This document shows, in pieces, positions 56,608 through 64,000 of a DNA stretch of 64,000 bases; the first letter of the stretch is position 1; every line of letters starts with the position of its first letter. Both the position numbers and the translations under genes were made by a program. The notes under the pieces are model-generated. The model searched no databases. It saw nothing but the letters and a program-made list of their open reading frames with translations, and was not told the origin of the DNA. Source of the stretch: Alphaproteobacteria bacterium (lineage in GTDB: Bacteria; Pseudomonadota; Alphaproteobacteria; Bin95). The stretch covers positions 3,328,001 through 3,392,000 of the forward strand of contig CBDBGH010000003.1 of assembly GCA_965205265.1 (NCBI GenBank). Reading direction: 5' to 3'.

Positions 56608-57539
56608 CGGCGGGGGCCGCCCGGCCGCCATCGCTCCCCGAACCGTTTGCCGACAGGCTGGTCGTCGGCGCCGATGACGGCCTGGAGCTCAGCCTCTACC
56701 GCCTGCGCAAGGCAAAGGAGGGCGCGCCCGCCCTGCTCTGGGGCCACGCAAACGGCTTCCCGGCGGGCGGCTACGCGCCGCTGCTCCGCCTGCTGGCCCG
56801 CGACTTCCGCGTTTACGCCTATGACGCGCGCGGTCATGGCGGATCCGGCCTGCCGGACGGCGAGCCGGATTTCGACCGTTACGCCGCCGATCTCGGTCTG
56901 GTCTGCCATGCCGCAAAGGCGGATGCGGGCGGCGCGCCGCTTTTCTACGCCTCGCACAGCTTCTGCGGCGTGGCGGGCCTGAGGCTCGCCGGCGTGTTCG
57001 GGCGCGAGCCCTGGGAAGCGTTTACCGCGTTCGAGCCGCCGATATCCCCGCCCCTCGACCATCCGGCCCGGGACTTTTCGGTGGCGGCGTCGCGCGAACT
57101 GTCCGGCATGGCGCGCCGCCGGAGGCCGCGCTGGGCCGATCCGGAAACCTTCCGGCTGGCGCTTGCCGAACGGGACGCCTATCGACGCTTCGACGCGGAA
57201 GCGCTCGCCGGCCACTGCCGGGGATCCCTGCATCCGACGGATGCGGGCGACTGGCAGCTTGCCTGTCCCGGACCGCTCGAGGCACACAATTACGAGGCGG
57301 CGCTCGACCCCTCGACCTATGAGGGGCTCGCCCGCATCGCCCGGCCGGTCACCTTCGTAGCCTCCGTCGACGGCGGCCCATCCGGCAATCCGAGCTGGGC
57401 GGCGACCGTGCAGGCCGATTGCGCCGAACGGGTGCCGAACGGCCGACTTGCGACGTTTCCGCGCGCCGGCCATCTGGTGCCGTTCGAGGACCCGCCGCGT
57501 TGTGCTGCGGAGGTAAGCCGTATGCTCGCTGGGGACTGA
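56604..57539 (+). CDS. Alpha/beta hydrolase
   Basis: HANGF, DARGHGGS, SHSFCG nucleophile elbow, GHLVPFE. Confidence 0.85.
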   Translation: MTAGAARPPSLPEPFADRLVVGADDGLELSLYRLRKAKEGAPALLWGHANGFPAGGYAPLLRLLARDFRVYAYDARGHGGSGLPDGEPDFDRYAADLGLVCHAAKADAGGAPLFYASHSFCGVAGLRLAGVFGREPWEAFTAFEPPISPPLDHPARDFSVAASRELSGMARRRRPRWADPETFRLALAERDAYRRFDAEALAGHCRGSLHPTDAGDWQLACPGPLEAHNYEAALDPSTYEGLARIARPVTFVASVDGGPSGNPSWAATVQADCAERVPNGRLATFPRAGHLVPFEDPPRCAAEVSRMLAGD

Positions 57540-57568
57540 ATTTTTTCAGAAAATTTCTACTTCCGGAC

Positions 57569-57597
57569 TTGTCAAGCGCGACATTCCGTCCTATCTT
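57569..57597 (+). promoter_or_regulatory. Sigma-70 promoter (-35 TTGTCA, 17 nt spacer, -10 TATCTT)
   Basis: cTTGTCA-N17-TATCTT resembles the alphaproteobacterial CTTGAC...CTATAT consensus. Confidence 0.6.
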
Positions 57598-57602
57598 CTG
57601 AC

Positions 57603-57711
57603 GAAAGGCTGCACGCGGCTTTCTCGCCGCCTTGGGACTCCCCCTCTCGTCCCGCAGTCTTCGACGCCCTGAAGCGCCCGGTCTCCCCCCGACCGGGCGC
57701 TTCTCCTTTTC
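57603..57711 (+). ncRNA. Putative trans-acting sRNA with C-rich (anti-Shine-Dalgarno) loops
   Basis: Three hairpins; loops TCCCCCTCTC and TCCCCCC; the last is a 13-bp perfect stem followed by TCCTTTT. Confidence 0.55.
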
Positions 57712-57741
57712 GCGGGGCAGGCGGAGCGGTAGGGTGGCAGC

Positions 57742-58392
57742 ATGAGCGAAATTCTGGTCGTCAATCCCAACAGCACCGGAGCCGTGACGGCGGCCATCGA
57801 CCGGGCGGTGGAGCCCTTCCGCACCGCCGGCGGGCCGGAAATCCGGGCCGTTACCAACCGTGCCGGCCCGCCCGGCATCCAGAGCCAGGGCGACGCCGAC
57901 GGAGTCGTGCCGCATTTGCGCGCGATGGCGGCCGACAGCAATGCGGACGCGCTCGTGCTCGCCTGCTTTTCGGACCCCGGCCTGCATGTGCTGCGGGAGG
58001 ACACGGGCAAGCCGGTGATCGGCATCGCCGAGGCAGGCCTGCTGACGGCGCTGACGCTTGGCGAGCGGGTGGGCGTGCTTGCCATCCTCGCGCGCTCCGT
58101 GCCGCGCCATCTGCGCTATGTCCGCCAGATGGGCCTCGATGCGCGCTTCGCCGGAGACCGGCCCGTGGACCTCGAAGTGGTCGAGCTCGCGAACCCGGTG
58201 CGCACCCGCGCCCGCCTGCTGGAGACCGGCCGCGAGCTGCGCGACCGCGACGGCGCCGATGTGCTGGTGCTGGGATGCGCCGGCATGGCGGACCAGCGCC
58301 CGGCGCTCGCCCAGGCGCTCGGCATGCCGGTTGTGGAGCCCGTCCAGGCCGCCATCGGCATGGCCGCCGCCTCCGTCATGCGGGGGTGGTGA
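57742..58392 (+). CDS. Asp/Glu/hydantoin (allantoin-type) racemase
   Basis: ILVVNPNST, LACFSDPGL, VLGCAGM: two catalytic Cys. Confidence 0.9.
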   Translation: MSEILVVNPNSTGAVTAAIDRAVEPFRTAGGPEIRAVTNRAGPPGIQSQGDADGVVPHLRAMAADSNADALVLACFSDPGLHVLREDTGKPVIGIAEAGLLTALTLGERVGVLAILARSVPRHLRYVRQMGLDARFAGDRPVDLEVVELANPVRTRARLLETGRELRDRDGADVLVLGCAGMADQRPALAQALGMPVVEPVQAAIGMAAASVMRGW

Positions 58393-58489
58393 GAGAGCGT
58401 CTTTCGCCTTATCTAGATTGAGGCCCGGTGGTTTTGCGCGGGCCGCTTGCCAAACCGGACCGGACGGGGTATCCCGCCGGCTTTGGCGA

Positions 58490-58564
58490 GACCCCATCGT
58501 CTAGAGGTTAGGACACCACCCTTTCAAGGTGGAGACACGGGTTCGATCCCCGTTGGGGTCACCA
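58490..58564 (+). tRNA. tRNA-Glu (TTC)
   Basis: Acceptor stem GACCCCA/TGGGGTC, anticodon arm CCACC-CTTTCAA-GGTGG, GGTTCGATCC T-loop, encoded CCA. Confidence 0.97.
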
Positions 58565-59038
58565 CCATGCAGATTGTTGTTTTTGCGCGGCGTTTCGCAG
58601 GGTTGGGGGGCACTTTGTCCAACCGTCGAGGCCGCGCCGACCGCGCGCCCTGAACCCCTTTGCGCCCCGGCACGGGGGTGTTGGCCGCAGTCGCCGCGCG
58701 GTAGCTCACCGTCACCGGCAAGGTCGCTGTCGGTGCCTCCTCGCGACCGGCTGCGAATTGCGCGGATTCCCGCGAGTTTCCCCCTTGAATGCTACGGCCC
58801 GGAGCACCGCATGGGCACCAGGCCGACGAATGCAGGAAAATCGCGGAAAGCGGGACCGTCGCAAACCAATGCCGTCCGACGCGAACCGGCAGATCGTGGG
58901 TGGGGGTGTTGCAGGTATTCGCGCGCATTTGCGGTTATGAGGACCCCGACAATTGCGGTGGCCTGCCAGGGATTCGGACTGTGTATTCCATTACTTGACG
59001 TTCCATTCCAGCAAACTCGCCAGGGTGGACTTCTCGAT

Positions 59039-59754
59039 CTATGGGTGCGATGAGCCGAGTTGCTCCGTGACGGCGCTTACGGTTTCTACAAACCACTCCT
59101 CGGCGAACGGCGAAACAACGACCTTGTGGATCAACGTCCTAATGTCGATCGGCCAATATATACCAGGGCCATCGACAACGTCCGCAGATATGTCGGTTTC
59201 GTTGGAATTTTCCTGTTTCTTCCAGTCGAACCACTTGGCGATACAAACTTCTCTTTCATGATCGAATGACTTCCGTTTTTGGAAGAGCAACATACCGCCG
59301 AATAGCCTCATGTCATCTTTTTCGTAGTCGGAACAACGGACTCGTCCGAAAAGAATGTTCCGGCAATTCTTGGAGCCATACAGTTGAAAGCTGCCGATCA
59401 GAGAGCCAAAACCGGTTTTGATCGCGATGCCCGCGCCGCCCGGTGCATAACGAGCCCACATCGCCTCGGATTCGCATCGCAGTTGGTACCAACATCTGAC
59501 AACAACTCGCTTACGATCCTGGCGCAAGAACTCGGATAGTCTGCCAAGCATGCGATCAGGAGTGCCCGTGCTGGCAGCCCAATCGCCAATGCGATCTTTG
59601 CAGGGCCGTGACAATGACCCTTCGAACCGATCGCCCAAATTGTCCGCGCGGGGAAGAACAGGGCTTTCCTGTGAAGCAGCGAAGTGAATTTTCTGAAGTC
59701 CATATATCGCCACAGTGTATCCCCGGAGGCAGGCGGCTCCGGTTTCCCGTCCAC
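59039..59754 (-). pseudogene. DUF2971-like hypothetical protein, frameshifted near 59650
   Basis: LWRYMDFRKF..LL...LFF in one frame; RAD.L.D.FEGS, CW..ESEAMW..Y, KRKSF.HEREV in another. Confidence 0.75.
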
Positions 59755-60397
59755 AGCGCCTTCGGGGTCTGGAATCTTAGCGGCAAGAAATGCGAAACCG
59801 CAACATCGTCGGCGCTCGCAGTCCACACACTGCCGACGATGTTCGCATCACTCTTTGAGACCCGACTTCCCGCGTTCGTAATCGTCCAGCGTGCCCGTTT
59901 CTACCGACGCGATCTTGCACACGCCCGGGAAGTCCACCCTCATATACATCCACGTCGGTCCGCCAGAAGACGCCTTCCGCACACCGGCGGACTCGGCGAG
60001 GACGGCCTCGGCGAATACGCATCCTCCAGATGACTTCTGGCAGCCCTCGTCATCCGGCGCCACCATCGTTACGAATCTCGGGCTCAACGTCGATCCGCAA
60101 TTCACCCACGTTCGGACGCACCCACTCGCGCCTGCGCCCCGTCACAAGGAGCTCATCGCCAGGCGCCTCGTGCCCGGAGAACCATTCGTTCAACGGATGA
60201 CGAAGGAGATCAAGCGAAGGCGGGCGCGACGCTGAAGAACATGGGTTTGCCATCGAGCCCCTCATCGTCGCCCCCTTTGAGCGAACGAAGACGATGACCT
60301 TTAGGTCGAGAACCGTATGCGGTGCGAGCGCCCCACCTTCATACAGGCCTGGTGATGTGGGAGTTAGGGTTCGGAATGAGACGAAGGGAATTTCTCA

Positions 60398-60796
60398 TTG
60401 GAGCCCTCAGCAGAGCTTCTCACCAACGCCAGGGTTGAAGTGTTGCCGGCGCGTGGCGGCTTTCGCCGTCGCTGGCCGGCTTCGGTGAAAGCGCGGATTG
60501 TTGCCGAGACACTGGAGGAAGGCGCGACGGTCGCCGGGGTAGCGCGTCGCTACGAGATCAACTCGAACCAGCTGTCGGAATGGCGCCGCCAGGCACGGAA
60601 GGGCCTTCTGGTGTTGCCTGCGGAGGGCGAGATGGGTTTTGCTCCGGTGGTCTTGCGTCAGGATGAGCGCCGGGTTCCCGCTGCGGGCAGCGACCGCCTG
60701 GAAGTGATCCAGGACCGGGTGACGCTCCGTCTGGACGCCGCGACACCGGCTTGCCGGATCGCCGAGATCGTGTCGGCGTTGAACGCATCGGTATGA
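60398..60796 (+). CDS. tnpA: IS66 TnpA (HTH)
   Basis: RRRW...KARIVAETL..GATV..VARRY...NQLSEWRR. Confidence 0.88.
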   Translation: MEPSAELLTNARVEVLPARGGFRRRWPASVKARIVAETLEEGATVAGVARRYEINSNQLSEWRRQARKGLLVLPAEGEMGFAPVVLRQDERRVPAAGSDRLEVIQDRVTLRLDAATPACRIAEIVSALNASV

Positions 60797-61146
60797 TCTT
60801 CCCATCGAACCGGGTCCGGATCGTGGTTGCGACGAAGCCCGTGGACTTCAGGAAGCAGCACGACGGCCTTGTTGCGCATGTGAAGAGCGTATTGCGCAAG
60901 GACCCGTTCACGGGAACGGTCTTCGCGTTCCGTACGAAACGAGCTGACAGGCTGAAGCTGATCTACTGGGACGGGACCGGCCTGGTGATGGTCTACAAGC
61001 GTCTGGAGGACCAGGGCTTTGTCTGGCCGGCGATCCGCGACGGGGTGATGTCGCTGAGCCATGCGCAGTTCGAGGCGCTGTTCTCCGGGCTGGACTGGCA
61101 CCGTGTGCGAGCGCTGTCGGCACGGCGCCCGGCTGAGGCCGAATGA
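60793..61146 (+). CDS. tnpB: IS66 TnpB accessory protein
   Basis: PVDFRK.HDGL, DRLKLIYWDGTG...YKRLE. Confidence 0.93.
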   Translation: MIFPSNRVRIVVATKPVDFRKQHDGLVAHVKSVLRKDPFTGTVFAFRTKRADRLKLIYWDGTGLVMVYKRLEDQGFVWPAIRDGVMSLSHAQFEALFSGLDWHRVRALSARRPAEAE

Positions 61147-61201
61147 CTCACTGGGCGGATCGGGGCGTGCCGCGTCCCGACACTGTGCTACCAGACTGGC
61201 C

Positions 61202-62845
61202 ATGCCGGCCCTTGCGGAGATCGACCTCGGAACGCTGACGCCCGAACAGCGGGAAGCGGCGGTGCAGGCAATCGCGGCGCTGGAGGTGCTTCGCGCCGAG
61301 AACGAGACGCTGGCGGAAGAGAAGGCCTGTCTCGCGGGCGAGAACGAAGTTCTGACGGACCGCAACGGGGCTCAGGCGGAGCGCATCCGCCGTCTCGAAC
61401 ATCTGAACCTCGAACTGATCCGCCTTCTGTATGGCAAGAGGTCGGAGAAGCTGTCGGCGGACGAGCGCCAGCTGGCGTTCGAGGACCTTGAGGGCGCGGC
61501 GGCGGAGATCGAAGCAGCGGCCGCGCCGGAAGATCCGACGCCGGCCCAATCGCCGAAGCGTCCTCGCCCGGCGCGCAATATCGGCCACTTGCCGGAGCAT
61601 CTGGAGCGGATCGAGCAGGTGGTCGAGCCGGAGAGCACGCTCTGCCCCTGCGGCTGCGGGGAGATGGTGAAGATTGGCGAGGATCGCACGGAGCGCCTGG
61701 ACATCGTGCCGGCGCAGCTTCGGGTGATCGTCACGGTGCGGCCGAAATACGCCTGCCGGGCCTGCGAACAGGGCGTCACCCAGGCGCCGGCGCCGGCCCG
61801 GCTGATCGAGGGCGGGTTGCCGACCGAAGGCGCGATCGCCCATGTGCTCGTCTCCAAATACCTGGACCATTGCCCGTTGCACCGGCAGGCGCAGGTCTAT
61901 GCCCGTTCCGGCCTCGATCTGGACCGCTCGACGCTGGCCGGCTGGGTCGGCAGGGCGTCATTCCATCTGAAACCGGTGGCCGACCGGCTGGCGGAGCATC
62001 TCAAGCGCTCTTCGAAGCTGTTCATGGACGAGACGCGGGCGCCGGTGCTCGATCCGGGCCGCGGCAGGACCAAGACCGGCTGGCTGTGGGCGCTGGCCCG
62101 CGACGACCGTGCCTGGAGCGGACCCGACCCGCCGGGCGTTGTGTACTTCTATGCGCCCGGGCGCGGCGGTGAATATGCCGAGCGCTTCCTCGACGGCTTC
62201 GATGGTATCCTCCAGGTGGATGGCTATGCCGGCTACAACCGGCTGACTGGACCGAGCCGCAAGGGCGGCGCGCCGATACGGCTGGCTTACTGCTGGTCCC
62301 ACGCGAGGCGCCGGCTCCGCGAGATCTACGACAGCAGCGGCTCCGAGATCGCGGCAGAGGGCCTGCGCCGGATCGCCGAGCTCTACGCCATCGAGGCCGA
62401 CATCCGCGGCAGCCCGCCCGAGCAACGTCTCGCAGAACGACACGCGCGCTCCGCGCCCCTGGTCGAGGCCTTCGGCGACTGGCTGAAGCAGCAGCGCGCC
62501 CGCATCTCGCCCAAGTCCCGCCTCGGCGAGAAGCTCGCCTATATCGCCCGTCACTGGGACGGCCTCCGGCTGTTCCTCGCCGACGGCCGCGTCGAGATGG
62601 ACAGCAATGCCGTCGAGAACCTCGCCCGGCCGATTGCCCTTACAAGGAAAAACGCGCTCTTCGCGGGTCACGACGAAGGCGCAGTCGCCTGGGGCCGGAT
62701 CGCTTCACTCACCCAGACCGCCAGGTTGAACGGGGTCGAGCCCTACGCCTGGCTCAAGGCCACCCTCGAAGCCATCGCGGTCGGCCATCCCAACGACCGC
62801 ATCGACGACCTGCTCCCGTGGAACTTCAAGCCGTCGTCAAGCTGA
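61202..62845 (+). CDS. tnpC: IS66 DDE transposase TnpC
   Basis: Leucine zipper, CPCGC/CRAC zinc finger, MDET, QVDGYAGY, CWSHARR, LLPWN. Confidence 0.95.
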   Translation: MPALAEIDLGTLTPEQREAAVQAIAALEVLRAENETLAEEKACLAGENEVLTDRNGAQAERIRRLEHLNLELIRLLYGKRSEKLSADERQLAFEDLEGAAAEIEAAAAPEDPTPAQSPKRPRPARNIGHLPEHLERIEQVVEPESTLCPCGCGEMVKIGEDRTERLDIVPAQLRVIVTVRPKYACRACEQGVTQAPAPARLIEGGLPTEGAIAHVLVSKYLDHCPLHRQAQVYARSGLDLDRSTLAGWVGRASFHLKPVADRLAEHLKRSSKLFMDETRAPVLDPGRGRTKTGWLWALARDDRAWSGPDPPGVVYFYAPGRGGEYAERFLDGFDGILQVDGYAGYNRLTGPSRKGGAPIRLAYCWSHARRRLREIYDSSGSEIAAEGLRRIAELYAIEADIRGSPPEQRLAERHARSAPLVEAFGDWLKQQRARISPKSRLGEKLAYIARHWDGLRLFLADGRVEMDSNAVENLARPIALTRKNALFAGHDEGAVAWGRIASLTQTARLNGVEPYAWLKATLEAIAVGHPNDRIDDLLPWNFKPSSS

Positions 62846-63080
62846 AATCCGGGTGACCCGCCCGCATCGCTTACGCTAGGGCGAGCGAGGCGCTGACCCT
62901 TCTCGACAACCGCGCCGAACCCGCATGAGCATGAGTGGGAGGGTCCGGCGGGAGGGGTCGGCAACGACCCGCCTGGCCCGTTAGGCAGCAAACCTGACGG
63001 GGATTCCGCGACTCATGACAGCTGAGGTGCGAATCAAATTGTTTGCCAATAGTTTGCCAGTCGGCAAATTCGCTTTGTCC

Positions 63081-63142
63081 AAAAACGACGAAGCCCCCGA
63101 AAACGTCCGTGCTTTCAGGGGCTTGATGTGGTTGCGGGGGCA
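63081..63142 (-). other. Displaced 3' end of tRNA-fMet plus terminator hairpin (att-site remnant)
   Basis: Minus strand reads TGCCCCCGCAACCA, then the hairpin AAGCCCCTGAAA/TTTCGGGGGCTT and a T-rich tail. Confidence 0.6.
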
Positions 63143-63402
63143 CGCTACAACCGAGACCGACATTTGATCGTAATCCCGGTGTGATTCGTCGCAACCTTTT
63201 GATCTACAAGCGATTTATGTAAGTTCGTGGCTCACGCCCGCTTGGAATCCTGCTCCTGACGCGATCAGCCCCAACGATTTTGCCTTGTAATCTCCGGTTC
63301 GCATGCATTCGCGGCGCTCTTTCGCTTCCACTGGTGGCAGTGCGCCAGACGCCCGATGGACAGCGGTCAACATTACGCCCCAACTGCTTGTCATGGCCCA
63401 AC

Positions 63403-63481
63403 GTGTCGATATATTCTATCTACATCGATATGTTGGAGTGAAATGTCGATGGTATCGACATGTTCGGAGCATGTGTCGACA
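63403..63481. promoter_or_regulatory. Cluster of TGTCGA/TCGACA inverted repeats upstream of fic (probable operator)
   Basis: Perfect ATGTCGAT-GGT-ATCGACAT at 63443-63461; further half-sites at 63404, 63424 and 63474. Confidence 0.55.
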
Positions 63482-63499
63482 GGGGACGGATAAATCGTC

Positions 63500-64000
63500 A
63501 TGGCGTTCGATCCCCATCGCCCCTTCAATGACCTTCCAGACCTTCCGCCGGCTTCGGACACCGAGACAAGGACCATTCTTCGAAGCTGCATAGCCGCGCG
63601 CGCGGCACTGGCGGAACTCCGCGTCTCCGGGACTCTCATCCCGAACCAGGCGATGCTGATCAACTCGATCCCCCTGCTCGAAGCGCAGGCGAGTTCCGAG
63701 ATCGAGAACATCGTGACGACGGCGGACCGGCTGTTCCGCCATGCCAACGACGCGACGGGCCGGGCCGACCCTGCCACCAGGGAAGCCTTGCGCTACCGCA
63801 CCGCTCTGCACCGCGGTTTCGAGATGCTGAACCAGCGGCCGGTTTCGACCGCCATCGCGGTCGAAGTGTGCCGAACGATCAAGGGCGTGCAGCTGGACAT
63901 TCGCAACACGCCGGGAACGGCGCTGGTGAACGATGCGACCCATCAGGTCATCTACACGCCGCCGGAGGGCGAGGACGTTCTCCGGAGCAAGCTGGCCAAC
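63500..64000 (+). CDS. Fic-family protein adenylyltransferase (partial, runs off window)
   Basis: My translation MAFDPHRPFNDLPDLPP...LIPNQAMLINSIPLLEAQASSEIENIVTT...YTPPEG contains the SSEIEN autoinhibitory motif. Not in the ORF track. Confidence 0.9.
   Translation, partial: MAFDPHRPFNDLPDLPPASDTETRTILRSCIAARAALAELRVSGTLIPNQAMLINSIPLLEAQASSEIENIVTTADRLFRHANDATGRADPATREALRYRTALHRGFEMLNQRPVSTAIAVEVCRTIKGVQLDIRNTPGTALVNDATHQVIYTPPEGEDVLRSKLAN

Larger units (their letters stand above)
60315..62874 (+). mobile_element. IS66-family insertion sequence (2,560 bp)
   Basis: IRL GTATGCGGTGCGAGCG...CACC and IRR (reverse complement) GTAAGCGATGCGGGCG...CACC; tnpA-tnpB-tnpC; no 8-bp target duplication. 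Confidence 0.93.

Noticed and set aside
59848-60265. Short ORFs on both strands before the IS66
   Set aside because: No recognisable motif or consistent coding signal, so not called as genes.
60793-61146. TnpB as an RNA-guided nuclease
   Set aside because: This is the 117-aa IS66 accessory TnpB, unrelated to IS200/IS605 RuvC TnpB.

Overview
GC-rich alphaproteobacterial chromosome segment, assigned from conserved gene order and family membership (gapR, long dcd, ialB, priA-tal-DUF484-xerC, F1 atp operon). Core and metabolic content: a purine/nucleoside ABC transporter with guaD, a DUF4212 plus Na+/solute symporter cluster, thiolase, greA-carB-carA, yqeY-dnaG-rpoD, acs, a dgdA-like aminotransferase with LysR, pyk and glycerate kinase, TauD dioxygenases, atpHAGDC, priA, tal, xerC and tRNA-Glu(TTC). 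Accessory content: three TA-type loci plus a Fic gene, and an island region after tRNA-Glu with an IS66, a pseudogene and a displaced tRNA-fMet 3' end. The most striking feature is a 4,086-bp IS21-family element (40240-44325, 5-bp CCCGG target duplication) that splits a tauD-like gene. Besides istA and istB it carries a Cys-rich zinc-finger ORF, a DUF3991/TOPRIM primase-like passenger gene and a perfect 16-bp hairpin. Other candidates are an unannotated sRNA with C-rich anti-SD loops (about 57603-57711), a 10-bp-phased GTCATG array, and a structured element split by the IS66. All protein assignments are from motif recognition by eye; no database searches were run.
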